Virus record (IMG/VR): IMGVR_UViG_3300025407_000887 | Reading direction: 5' to 3' (one strand) | Source: an uncultured virus (IMG/VR IMGVR_UViG_3300025407_000887) | Lineage: Duplodnaviria; Heunggongvirae; Uroviricota; Caudoviricetes | Length of the DNA stretch: 64,000 nt | In this document: positions 31,041 through 40,885 of the stretch, piece after piece | Layout of the letters: each line of letters begins with the position of its first letter | Position numbering within the stretch: position 1 is the stretch's first letter | The notes under the pieces: generated by a model | What the model was told of the DNA's origin: nothing | Database searches by the model: none | What the model saw: only the letters and a program-made list of their open reading frames with translations | Program-made: the position numbers and the translations under genes

Positions 31041-31919
31041 ATGACTGATTATTACCAAACATTAGGTGTTAGCGAAACAGCTAGCCCAGAAGAAATTAAA
31101 AAAGCATACCGAAGCTTGGCTAATAAACATCATCCAGACAAGGGTGGAGATCAAGCCAAATTCAAAGATATCAGCGTTGCTTATGATACATTAAGTGATG
31201 CTCAAAAGAAAGCCGAATACGACCACCAACGACAGTTTGGAAACGGACAACAATTCCATTTTCATACAGGCAATCCGTTTGGAGGACAACCTGGGTTCGA
31301 TCCGTTTGGTGGTATATTTGGTCAACAATTTCCGCAAGGTCACCCATTTGGGGATATTTTTGGACACATGCGCCGTGGACAACCTCAGCGTAATAGAGAT
31401 TTAAACATTCAATGTACAATTAGTTTTTTAGATAGTTATACAGGCAAACAACTTGAAGCCAGCTATCAATTACCTAGCGGTAAGAAACAAAACGTAGTTA
31501 TTAGTGTACCAGCAGGCGTTAATAATGGAGACACTATTCGATATCAAGGGCTGGGCGATGACAGTATGCCTGGACCACGCGGTAATCTTAATGTTACAAT
31601 TTTAGTTCAAGCAGAACCCGGTTATGAACGTAGAGGGGATGATATATTCCATGCTGTGGATATTACTCCCATCGAAGCAATGATCGGTTGCAGAAAACAT
31701 GTAAAAAATTTATCAGGCACTGTATTAGATTTAGATATCAGAGCTGGTATAGAACATGGTGCAGAATTTGCTAGTAACGGGCACGGGTTTCCAAATGTAA
31801 ATAATGGATACAAAGGAAGATTTGTTACAGTAATCAAAATTAAACCAACTCCTGTAACCGACTCCGGAATTATTCAACAATTAAAAGATATCGATGCTAA
31901 AATTAATCAAAGAAACTGA
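31041..31919 (+). CDS. DnaJ/CbpA-like co-chaperone (no Zn finger)
   Basis: DYYQTLGV, HPD motif, G/F-rich linker, C-terminal DnaJ domain. Confidence 0.92.
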   Translation: MTDYYQTLGVSETASPEEIKKAYRSLANKHHPDKGGDQAKFKDISVAYDTLSDAQKKAEYDHQRQFGNGQQFHFHTGNPFGGQPGFDPFGGIFGQQFPQGHPFGDIFGHMRRGQPQRNRDLNIQCTISFLDSYTGKQLEASYQLPSGKKQNVVISVPAGVNNGDTIRYQGLGDDSMPGPRGNLNVTILVQAEPGYERRGDDIFHAVDITPIEAMIGCRKHVKNLSGTVLDLDIRAGIEHGAEFASNGHGFPNVNNGYKGRFVTVIKIKPTPVTDSGIIQQLKDIDAKINQRN

Positions 31920-32400
31920 TCCCATATTAAAACAACGTGCTGAAGATTGGGACTTTGGGTTAGATTCTAACGCAGATCAACTTGAAGATGAAATGATTGA
32001 CATAATGATTGCCAACAATGGAATTGGGTTGGCGGCAAACCAAGTTGGCTTACTCAAGCGAGTATTTGTTATTAAGTTAGATAACGGTCGTAGGCTAGGA
32101 ATGTTTAATCCAAGATTAATCAAATCTAGCGAAGAAATACAAATAGCTGAAGAAGGTTGTTTAAGTTTTCCAGATTTATTTCTAGATATTCCCCGTCCTC
32201 AACAAATCGACGTTGCATTTCTTGACAAAAATGCACAAGAGTGTACAATGACATTATCAGGCATTACTGCTAGATGTTTCCTCCATGAATTGGATCATTT
32301 AAACGGTATATGTTTCACTGATAACATTAGTGTATTGAAATTAGCAATGGCTCGTAAACGACAAAACAAGATAAGGAACAGTAATGGTCGAACCAAGTGA
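31894..32400 (+). CDS. def: Peptide deformylase
   Basis: GIGLAANQVG, EGCLSFP, HELDHLNG. Confidence 0.95.
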   Translation: MLKLIKETDPILKQRAEDWDFGLDSNADQLEDEMIDIMIANNGIGLAANQVGLLKRVFVIKLDNGRRLGMFNPRLIKSSEEIQIAEEGCLSFPDLFLDIPRPQQIDVAFLDKNAQECTMTLSGITARCFLHELDHLNGICFTDNISVLKLAMARKRQNKIRNSNGRTK

Positions 32401-34663
32401 TAACCTACAAGCAGTTTTTGAAAAAGCAATTGATACTGCTAAGAAACTACATCACGAATATCTAACAATAGAACATTTATTGTTTGCGATGTTATCCGAT
32501 GAAGGGTTTACTACTACGATAACAGGGTTTGGTAGTAATCCTGATGCCCTTAAAATTAATTTAGAAGATTATTTGAATAATAAATGCAAAGAAATCGTAC
32601 TGAATGAAGTAGTAATTAAACCTAAAAAGACTCAGAGTGTTGAACGTGTACTTAATCGTGCGTTCACTCAGGTATTATTTAATGGGCGTCAAAAAATTGA
32701 ACCAACTGATGTGTTCCTTGCTATGATAGGCGAAAAACGTAGTTGGGCGTATTTTTATATTCATCAAGCTGGTATAGATAAAGATAAATTTGCAGAGTAT
32801 CTTACAAATACTTCCGAAGAAGAATTTGAAGAATCTGGTCCACAAGAAGGTACAAGTAGAGCACTAGCGGCATTTACAACTAATTTAAATGAAGAAGTTA
32901 CTAAGAAAAAGATTGATCCAGTAATTGGTCGTATCGATGAACTAGAAAACATTGCCCTGGCTTTAGGTCGTCGTAGTAAAAATAACGTAATCCTTGTAGG
33001 AGATCCAGGTGTTGGCAAAACTGCTATAGCAGAGGGGCTTGCCTATAATATCGTAAATGGTGCGGTCCCTGAGTTCTTAAAAGAATACAAGGTTTATAGT
33101 TTAGATATTTCAGCTATGCTAGCTGGTAGTAAGTATCGTGGCGACTTTGAAGAACGTTTTAAACAAGTACTCAAAGGCCTAGCAAAGAAAGGCAAGACTG
33201 TGCTGTTTATCGATGAAGCACACATGATTAGCGGTGCTGGAAGTGCTAGCAATAGTGCCAACGATCTTGCCAATATGATGAAACCTGCTCTAAGCAAAGG
33301 CAACATCAAGGTTATAGCATCAACTACGTGGGAAGAATATCGTAAACACTTTGAAAAGGATCGTGCATTAATGCGTCGTTTCCAACGCATTACAGTTGAT
33401 GAACCTACTCAAGAAGTTACACTACAAATTCTTAAAGGTATTAAGAAGTATTATGAACAATTCCATAATACAAAGATCAAAGACGATGCACTTAATGCCG
33501 CTATTAAACTGTCGGTTAAATATCAAACAGACAAAAAATTACCAGATAAGGCAATCGATTTGATTGACTTGGCATGTAGTCGTTTTAATTTAAAATTAGT
33601 TGAAGATCGTATTATTTCTGAACGCGAAATTCAATTTGAATTAAGTAAATTGGTTAATATGCCTGAAGAAAAGATTATGGAAACAGAGTCTAGCAATATT
33701 GCTAGTTTGCAAACTAATCTTGAAAAAGAAGTGTATGGACAAGACATGGCTCTTACAGAAATTGTTGACAAGATTATTGTTGCACAAGCTGGTCTTAAGA
33801 CAGAAAACAAACCAGTTGGTAGCTTTGTATTCATGGGTCCTACAGGAACAGGTAAAACTGAAACTGCTAAATCGCTTGCTAAACACTTGGGTGTTAAACT
33901 ATTGCGTTTTGATATGAGTGAATATCAAGAGAAACACAGTATTAGTAAGTTAATTGGTAGCCCACCAGGATATGTTGGCTTTGAAGAAGATGCTGGACAG
34001 TTGATTACACAAATTCAAGAAGCACCTAACGCTGTTCTGTTGCTAGACGAAGTTGAAAAGGCTCATCCAGATGTGATGACTGTACTGTTGCAACTAATGG
34101 ACAATGGCTTTATTACCGGATCTAATGGTAAGAAAGCAGATTGCCGTAACATTATCCTTATTCTTACTACTAATGCTGGCGCAAATTCTGCAGAAAAGAA
34201 CGCAATTGGGTTTGGTAAACAAGAAAAAGACTATAGTGATGCAGACTTGAAGAAGTTCCTGACTCCAGAGTTCCGTAATCGTTTGGACGGTGTTGTTACA
34301 TTCAATAAACTCGGTAAAGATACTATGGTTAAGATTGTTAACAAGTTTATTGACGAACTTAAAGAACAGGTTAAAGATAAAGCAGTACGTATTAAAATCA
34401 ACAAAGAAGCAATTGAATGGTTGATTACTAAAGGATTTGATCCTAAGATGGGTGCTCGTCCAGTACAACGAGTAATCGATAAAGAGATCAAACGCAATCT
34501 TGCTAAGATGATGTTGTTTGGAGAATTGAAGAATGGTGGCTGGGCTACTATTACACTCGATAATGATCAATTAGCGATTGTTGCTAAAGCAAAAGAATCT
34601 AAAGTACCCTTGCTAACTGTAGACTCTACTACTCCTTTAGTTGAAATACCAGATGCTGTATAA
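32384..34663 (+). CDS. clpA: ATP-dependent Clp protease ATPase subunit ClpA
   Basis: Two AAA+ modules (GDPGVGKT, GPTGTGKT), IGF ClpP-binding loop, no ClpB middle domain. Confidence 0.92.
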   Translation: MVEPSDNLQAVFEKAIDTAKKLHHEYLTIEHLLFAMLSDEGFTTTITGFGSNPDALKINLEDYLNNKCKEIVLNEVVIKPKKTQSVERVLNRAFTQVLFNGRQKIEPTDVFLAMIGEKRSWAYFYIHQAGIDKDKFAEYLTNTSEEEFEESGPQEGTSRALAAFTTNLNEEVTKKKIDPVIGRIDELENIALALGRRSKNNVILVGDPGVGKTAIAEGLAYNIVNGAVPEFLKEYKVYSLDISAMLAGSKYRGDFEERFKQVLKGLAKKGKTVLFIDEAHMISGAGSASNSANDLANMMKPALSKGNIKVIASTTWEEYRKHFEKDRALMRRFQRITVDEPTQEVTLQILKGIKKYYEQFHNTKIKDDALNAAIKLSVKYQTDKKLPDKAIDLIDLACSRFNLKLVEDRIISEREIQFELSKLVNMPEEKIMETESSNIASLQTNLEKEVYGQDMALTEIVDKIIVAQAGLKTENKPVGSFVFMGPTGTGKTETAKSLAKHLGVKLLRFDMSEYQEKHSISKLIGSPPGYVGFEEDAGQLITQIQEAPNAVLLLDEVEKAHPDVMTVLLQLMDNGFITGSNGKKADCRNIILILTTNAGANSAEKNAIGFGKQEKDYSDADLKKFLTPEFRNRLDGVVTFNKLGKDTMVKIVNKFIDELKEQVKDKAVRIKINKEAIEWLITKGFDPKMGARPVQRVIDKEIKRNLAKMMLFGELKNGGWATITLDNDQLAIVAKAKESKVPLLTVDSTTPLVEIPDAV

Positions 34664-35240
34664 AATCACTACAAAATTATTTAGAGGAAAATACCAGTAC
34701 AAAATTGTACTGGTATGCAGTGTTTCTGCATGGTTCCGTTCGGGGGACATGCCTGAAACTATACAGCGAATTAAAGAATTAGACTCACCCAAACGTCAAG
34801 ATGCTAAAGAATACGGTCTTAAGATAGCTTTAGAACTTCTAAACCATCAAGATGTTGACGTTCGTGTAGAAAGTCCTTGGATTAGTGTATATACTAATGA
34901 TAAAAAACTAATAGATCGTCTAGCTAAGATTGATAAAAATAATGTTAAGTACATTAGCGAACCAGCTGGTTCCCTAGAAGAAAATACTATTTTAATGCCC
35001 AAGATGAATTTTGATTATCGTATTACCCTGGGTAAAACTACTCAAGAACACAGTTCATTTATTGCATGGGCGGAATCTAACCCTAAATTAAAACTAACCC
35101 CAAGTTGCAAAAAGGATCTATTAAAGGAACGCACTTGGGGAGGCAAGCATTTTTATCTCACCGGAGATAACAATTTGCTATTGGCTAAGATGCATTTAGG
35201 TGGTAGTATAGCTAAAATCGAACGCATTGTTAAAAAATAA
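34653..35240 (+). CDS. Hypothetical protein
   Basis: ORF overlapping the clpA stop; start codon uncertain. Confidence 0.65.
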   Translation: MLYKITTKLFRGKYQYKIVLVCSVSAWFRSGDMPETIQRIKELDSPKRQDAKEYGLKIALELLNHQDVDVRVESPWISVYTNDKKLIDRLAKIDKNNVKYISEPAGSLEENTILMPKMNFDYRITLGKTTQEHSSFIAWAESNPKLKLTPSCKKDLLKERTWGGKHFYLTGDNNLLLAKMHLGGSIAKIERIVKK

Positions 35241-35309
35241 ACTCGTTACAAAAGCGATAAATACTCTAACCGCAGAGATTTCTGCTGATTTATTAAAACG
35301 GGCTTAAAA

Positions 35310-35684
35310 ATGCGTATACGTGAACTATTTGAAGGTAATTTTTTTAAAGATGCCGATTATGTACAAGCTAAAGAAGGTGGCGAGCGTGAAATTAACTACG
35401 ATTTAGTTGATGATATAGCACACTTTATGGAACAAGACGATCACTGCTATCGTCGATTCTTTCATCCTGCATTGGATCGATTCCTTCATGTCAGAGAAAA
35501 TAAAAAAGATCCTAAGCCTGAAATCTTTAAAGAAGCTGTCAAAGAATGTTATAAAATATACGTTCAAAAATTTCCCATCCGTGAACTACCAGATGAATTA
35601 GATGAAGATACACTAGGTCAAGTTTGTGAAAAATTGTATGATGAACACAGTACACATCATGCTGATGGCAAATACAAGGATTAA
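35310..35684 (+). CDS. Hypothetical late protein, probable head protein
   Basis: ATAAATA at 35257-35263; MRIRELFEG N-terminus. Confidence 0.65.
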   Translation: MRIRELFEGNFFKDADYVQAKEGGEREINYDLVDDIAHFMEQDDHCYRRFFHPALDRFLHVRENKKDPKPEIFKEAVKECYKIYVQKFPIRELPDELDEDTLGQVCEKLYDEHSTHHADGKYKD

Positions 35685-35686
35685 TA

Positions 35687-38600
35687 GTGTTTCTTAGAGA
35701 ATTATTTTATCGTAACCACTCTGCTTTAAACGAAGGCGGAAACCTTAGCATTGGCGATGCAGACAGTGGTGAACCAGTACACTATGCAGACAAGATAGAT
35801 TTAGCAGTACATAATCGTACGTACATGGTTGGACTTTTAAATAAGTTATTGCATGACATTAATCTAGCATTTCATAAACAAACTAGAAAAAATTTATGGG
35901 AACCTAACCTACTAAAGAGCAAAGAATTCCTAAGCGGTAGTAGTTTGCATTTCTTTAACACTGAAGGTATTAGTGATGAGGAATTTGCCAAACATAAACC
36001 ACGTGTGGGCGATATCGATACACAATGCAATAGAGATTTAGAACCACAAGTTAAAGAATTCTTAACAAAATATACAAACAAACAGATCGGCGACACTACA
36101 TTGCTAGGATTTGGTAGTGGTAATGAACAGTATAACGCATTATTCCAATTTGCAAATCCTCCAATCAAAATACAAATCGATTTTGAATTTGGCGAGTATG
36201 AAGGCGGAGTTCCTAACGATTGGTTTAAATTTAGCCATAGCTCAGAGTGGAACGATGTTTCAAACAATATTAAAGGTGTGTTCCACAAATATTTGTATAG
36301 AGCATTAGCAGGTTCAATTAAAGTACATGCACATCTAAAATCATCGGAAGGTCGAGGCAAAGCCAAAGTAACTACAGTAACTCCCGATCATCTTTCAAAA
36401 TATTCATTTGGGGTATCAGGTAAACAAGGCGGTGGTCTAAGTGAACCATACAGTCCAGTAGTGGGAGACAATGACGAGCCGCAAGAATTACCACATCCAG
36501 AAAATCCGCAACAACAGTTGCCAGTAATGCAAGTGGCAAAACCAGAAACTCGTGTATACGATCAGCATCTACATAGTCAATTTAAAAAACTATTTCTACG
36601 AAATAATCCTAATGCAGAACCTACTCCAGAAGATTTAAAATTACAATGGAGTTTCTTAGGTACTGTTGACTTAATAGGCAAATATCTATCTAAACAAGAA
36701 CAACACGAAACAGTAAAACGTTTCTTTGAAATTTGTTTCGAACCTGGCAGTCAGATGATCGAGCGTGATGATCCTAAAAGTGATGCCGATATTAAATTTG
36801 CCGCTATTGATCAAATGTTAGAAAAATTGAATCTAACAAATATGAGATCATTAGCAGTTGACATGGCAAAAGAATACGAGGGAGAATTTTTAGATTTAGA
36901 AAAATTTAAAAAGAGCTATCAGCGTACTCCAGACCAAGCTGGTAAAAAAATACAATACGGTAGACATAGAAAAGATGCTATTGCCGGCGGTACATGGCCA
37001 GATTGGCGTAAAAACTCAACCGAACAAATATTTGAAGCAGAAGTCAAAGCTCAACTTAGAAAAAATATGCCGCATATGAAAGATCTAAAAGCCATAGACT
37101 TTTTAGATCTAGTAGATGAATTACACGACAATGGTAAATTTCAACTAAAAAATATTCCATTAAATGTTAAAATAGATGGATTTGGTGGGCGGTTTGGTAA
37201 AGACTCGGAAGGTAAACCTTTCATGGGTACTAGTAATACTCCTCCTAGATACGAAGCTGGTTTTTTAAAATATCATCAGGCAAAGGGCACACAGGATCCA
37301 GAAATACTAGGTCGTGCTAAAAAATTCGACGATTTATTTAATGAAATGATCAAGGCAGTTAAACTAGTCGACGATGCCGCAGGTCCAGAGTTGCTTATGA
37401 ATAAACAAGTAACTTGTGAAGTTTTATTTTTACCATTTGCTACAGAAACTGAAGAAGGCAAATTAAAATTTGTTGGTATCCATTACAATAAATTACCAAG
37501 AGGTGTACAGTTAGCCTTAGTTCCATTCCGTGTAGCAGATGCAACTACTGGAGAAGATGTACCAGATGCGGCGAAGATTATTAAAACTATTACTAGCATT
37601 GGACAACAAGGTAGTATTATGTTTATCAGTAACGCATTAACACAAAATAAACCGTTAGACGTAACTGAAATTATCAATGTTTTAGATAATATCGACGAAC
37701 TTAAACGCATCGTTTCAGATACGCATGGTAAACGTGATCGTGCCAGTGTACAGTTAAGAAAAGAAGTTGAAGAAAAACTAGCACCAGTTAAACTTGAATT
37801 AGAAAAAGCTATTATTAATGATCCTAACATTGTTGGAAAAGATTTGCTAGGTAAAGACTACGAAGGTATTGTCATTAATAGTCGACTGGGTCCTATTAAA
37901 ATTACTAGTCAAGAACAGCGAGATGTTATTAGTGCCAAAATGGCGGCTAAGGCAAGTGCAAGAACCGAACGTCCTCGTGAAAATTCTAACAAAACGGCTG
38001 TAGTTGCTATCGGTAGCTTTGTAGGCCACATCGGGCATGAGCAATTATTTGACTATACTATTAAAAAAGCACAACAAGTAGGAGGTGATCCTTATTTGTT
38101 TATTGGAAATGCTGAAGGCAAAAACGATCCTATCCCACCAAATGTTAAAGTTCAAACATGGCATAAAATGTATCCAAATTATGCCGCTAATATTAGTACA
38201 GTAACACACGAAGGCGGTACGCTAATTCAAAAAATTAAACATGAATTAATTAATCCGTTACCGGGCAAGCCTCCACGATACGATAATATTATTATTATGG
38301 TAGGTGAAGATCAAGCAGGGTTGAATATGCCAGCCGCTTTAATGAAGGCAGTTAATAAGTTTCAAGGGTACGAACATGTAAAAGTTAGTTTAGAAACTAC
38401 ACCTCGTGGAACCGGTATGAGCTTTACTCAGTTGCGTAATATTCTTAAAGATCCAAAAGCTACTCCGCAACAACAGTTGGCGTTATGGGAAAAAGGGTTT
38501 GATGTTAACAAATTAGGCAGAGCATGGATTCAACATCTAATGGATTTGACACGTAAGGGTATGGGAATTACAACACCAAAACATACACATCATGTTCAGA

Positions 38601-39088
38601 AACCTGCTATTCCTGCACCAGAACAAGAACCGCTAAATATAAAAGAAGCAAATTATTGGATTAGAAAAATGCGAGCAAACGAATTTATAAAAAAACAGTT
38701 GTCCGAAGGCGATATTCCAGCTAACGGTAAGAAATTTGACAAAAGCGAAATGGATGCAGTTCGTGGAGCATTGAGTATGCCGGGCATCAGTATTAACAAA
38801 GCTAACGGTAATCCTTATTCTGGATATCGTTTTGGTATTGCTATGGCTGGCGCACACAGTAAAGCCAATCACGAACACCATCAAATAACTCCGCCAGCAG
38901 GACCTATGGCTGGGGATCCTTTGTTAACTGTGTTTGCTGATGAAGAATATGATATCATTAAAAATGCCGCTAAAATGGTAATGGCTGGTCCTATTGTTCA
39001 GCTTAGTGACATGCGTAGTCATGAATTACCCACAACCAACAAAACAAGTCCTGTGGCTAATAAAAAACGTAACAAGTACGGTGTATAA
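35687..39088 (+). CDS. Multidomain protein: Pol-beta-type nucleotidyltransferase + KxDG ligase-like domain + HIGH cytidylyltransferase-like domain + C-terminal NKYGV domain
   Basis: LSGSS...GDID (about 35930-36019), VKIDG...EGIVI (37169 onward), literal HIGH (38027-38038). Confidence 0.65.
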   Translation: MFLRELFYRNHSALNEGGNLSIGDADSGEPVHYADKIDLAVHNRTYMVGLLNKLLHDINLAFHKQTRKNLWEPNLLKSKEFLSGSSLHFFNTEGISDEEFAKHKPRVGDIDTQCNRDLEPQVKEFLTKYTNKQIGDTTLLGFGSGNEQYNALFQFANPPIKIQIDFEFGEYEGGVPNDWFKFSHSSEWNDVSNNIKGVFHKYLYRALAGSIKVHAHLKSSEGRGKAKVTTVTPDHLSKYSFGVSGKQGGGLSEPYSPVVGDNDEPQELPHPENPQQQLPVMQVAKPETRVYDQHLHSQFKKLFLRNNPNAEPTPEDLKLQWSFLGTVDLIGKYLSKQEQHETVKRFFEICFEPGSQMIERDDPKSDADIKFAAIDQMLEKLNLTNMRSLAVDMAKEYEGEFLDLEKFKKSYQRTPDQAGKKIQYGRHRKDAIAGGTWPDWRKNSTEQIFEAEVKAQLRKNMPHMKDLKAIDFLDLVDELHDNGKFQLKNIPLNVKIDGFGGRFGKDSEGKPFMGTSNTPPRYEAGFLKYHQAKGTQDPEILGRAKKFDDLFNEMIKAVKLVDDAAGPELLMNKQVTCEVLFLPFATETEEGKLKFVGIHYNKLPRGVQLALVPFRVADATTGEDVPDAAKIIKTITSIGQQGSIMFISNALTQNKPLDVTEIINVLDNIDELKRIVSDTHGKRDRASVQLRKEVEEKLAPVKLELEKAIINDPNIVGKDLLGKDYEGIVINSRLGPIKITSQEQRDVISAKMAAKASARTERPRENSNKTAVVAIGSFVGHIGHEQLFDYTIKKAQQVGGDPYLFIGNAEGKNDPIPPNVKVQTWHKMYPNYAANISTVTHEGGTLIQKIKHELINPLPGKPPRYDNIIIMVGEDQAGLNMPAALMKAVNKFQGYEHVKVSLETTPRGTGMSFTQLRNILKDPKATPQQQLALWEKGFDVNKLGRAWIQHLMDLTRKGMGITTPKHTHHVQKPAIPAPEQEPLNIKEANYWIRKMRANEFIKKQLSEGDIPANGKKFDKSEMDAVRGALSMPGISINKANGNPYSGYRFGIAMAGAHSKANHEHHQITPPAGPMAGDPLLTVFADEEYDIIKNAAKMVMAGPIVQLSDMRSHELPTTNKTSPVANKKRNKYGV

Positions 39089-39612
39089 TGAGAGCGAAAG
39101 AATTCATAGTTGAACAATCTGTAAAACCAACAGATTCTCCTGCCAAGGCTTCTAAAAAAGCCAAACAAACCCAGGTTGTCAAACCCTACGTGGCTAAAGA
39201 TTTTCCTATGAAGAAAAAATTAGGCGATTTTGGTCTAGATCCACACGAAGCACATAGTCAAAGTCAAAGCAACACCGAATATGGTAGTACTAAAGGAGAT
39301 GTACCTATAGAGGCCGTAGCGGCTATGCCGGGTGCATTTAGTGTTCAAGATATTCCTAGCGATTTCTACAGCATGTATCGTATTGGAGTAGCTATTGCCG
39401 GCGGTGAAAGAAACGTGGCTTCAAAAGATAATTTTGGTAAGCATCCATTCTTTATGCCTTTTTCAGAACAAGAACATGCTAAAATTACCAAAGATATTAA
39501 ACGTATCGGTCACGACATTGAATTACGAACAACTCCTGAAAGTTTAGAATTGTCGACTGTAAACCAAAAAAGTCCAGTAGCTAAACGCAAGCCAAACAAA
39601 TACGGTGTATAA
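39088..39612 (+). CDS. Probable head protein, paralogous to the C-terminus of the upstream gene
   Basis: MRAKEFIVE N-terminus; shared YR(F/I)G(I/V)A(M/I)AG and SPVA....NKYGV. Confidence 0.65.
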   Translation: MRAKEFIVEQSVKPTDSPAKASKKAKQTQVVKPYVAKDFPMKKKLGDFGLDPHEAHSQSQSNTEYGSTKGDVPIEAVAAMPGAFSVQDIPSDFYSMYRIGVAIAGGERNVASKDNFGKHPFFMPFSEQEHAKITKDIKRIGHDIELRTTPESLELSTVNQKSPVAKRKPNKYGV

Positions 39613-40052
39613 TGGAACATAACAAATATCATTTAGCCCTTAAAACAGCATTTGCCAGTGAATTTAGTTTTTATCTAAAAGCACACAACTTTCATTGGAA
39701 CGTAGAAGGTCCATTGTTTGAAAGTCTACATGCATTGTTTGAAAGAATTTATTTAGAAGTATACGGTAGTATCGACACATTTGCAGAACATTTACGTGCA
39801 TTACAAATTTATGCACCAGGAAGTTTACAAAAGTTTAGTATGTTAACTAATGTACGTGATGAAAATGATGTTCCAGGATTTCACGAGATGCTGAGCGAAT
39901 TGTTACAAGACAGCGAAAAAATGGCTAATATTTTCCGTATTACTTTTGAAATGGCAGAACAAAATGGCGATCATGGATTAAGCAATTTCTTAGCCGACCG
40001 TCAAGATGCACATAAAAAGCATAGCTGGATGTTAAGAGCGAGCTTGAAGTAA
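39612..40052 (+). CDS. dps: Dps / ferritin-like DNA-protection protein
   Basis: KAHNFHWNVEG, LHALFE, DTFAEH, HKKHSWML. Confidence 0.92.
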   Translation: MEHNKYHLALKTAFASEFSFYLKAHNFHWNVEGPLFESLHALFERIYLEVYGSIDTFAEHLRALQIYAPGSLQKFSMLTNVRDENDVPGFHEMLSELLQDSEKMANIFRITFEMAEQNGDHGLSNFLADRQDAHKKHSWMLRASLK

Positions 40053-40282
40053 TGGATGAACTAGCACGTCTTAAGAAGTTGGCAGGCATTAATGAATTTA
40101 AGGGCTTGCAACCTTATGGCGGAAGTAACATCAGTATAACTGGTACAGAGAAACGCATTATCGAACGTGAACAAAATATACAACCTGGAACTGAAGAATG
40201 GTTCAAACTATGGTTTAGTTTACCTAAATTTATGGGTGGAGAACGTGCAGTAGGTAATGGGTTTAGAGGAATCAAAAAATGA
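40052..40282 (+). CDS. Small probable head protein
   Basis: MDELARLKKLAGINE N-terminus; IQPGTEEWFKLWF. Confidence 0.6.
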   Translation: MDELARLKKLAGINEFKGLQPYGGSNISITGTEKRIIEREQNIQPGTEEWFKLWFSLPKFMGGERAVGNGFRGIKK

Positions 40283-40857
40283 AAATTAAAGAATTGTTAG
40301 AAGGCCCTTATGAAGATGGCGTAAATGATGGTAAACGAGGTCATCGAAATCCACGTGCCAGTTCTATATATGGTCCTTCATCAGATCATTATGAAAAAGG
40401 TTACCAACACGGCGTCACCTTAGGAAAAAAAGAAGGTGAAGCAAACGTAAGAAGATATGAAGAGTGGCTTAAACCTTTTTCACATCTGTCAAATGAAGAA
40501 CTTCACGACCTAGCAGAAAAATTTAGACGTAGTCCAGAAGATAGAATGGCAAATGGACAACCGTATCCATATAACAGTAAATTTCAAGCAATACATCAAG
40601 TATTAGGTCAGCGAAGACACAATCCAAATTATGGGTTAGATGCTAAACATGGTGTAGCGGAATCAGCTAGTGCAGGTGCTACAAGTAGTGCTAGTATTGC
40701 CAGTGTTCCTAACCCTAATTACGCCAATAATGCTAATAAAAAACCTGTAAAAAGCGTTAGTGCCCTTGATCAAAATAGTGTAAGTTTATTTGGCGCACCT
40801 ATGGAAACCATGAAAAACAAAACAGGTAAAAAGTTAGCAATAATCAAAAGACGCTAA
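40279..40857 (+). CDS. Probable head protein
   Basis: MKIKELLEG; internal GVAESASAGATSS. Confidence 0.6.
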   Translation: MKIKELLEGPYEDGVNDGKRGHRNPRASSIYGPSSDHYEKGYQHGVTLGKKEGEANVRRYEEWLKPFSHLSNEELHDLAEKFRRSPEDRMANGQPYPYNSKFQAIHQVLGQRRHNPNYGLDAKHGVAESASAGATSSASIASVPNPNYANNANKKPVKSVSALDQNSVSLFGAPMETMKNKTGKKLAIIKRR

Positions 40858-40885
40858 ATATATAAAGATAACGGAGTTACATAAC

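Noticed and set aside
32222..32249. TTGACA-16-TACAAT inside def, a possible internal promoter for clpA
   Set aside because: Plausible but inside coding sequence, with suboptimal spacing in AT-rich DNA; not enough support to list as a feature
31041..34663. Bacterial chromosome or host contamination suggested by dnaJ/def/clpA/dps/folE
   Set aside because: These genes are tightly interleaved with phage structural, lysis and T4-like replication genes and share the same composition and promoter motifs
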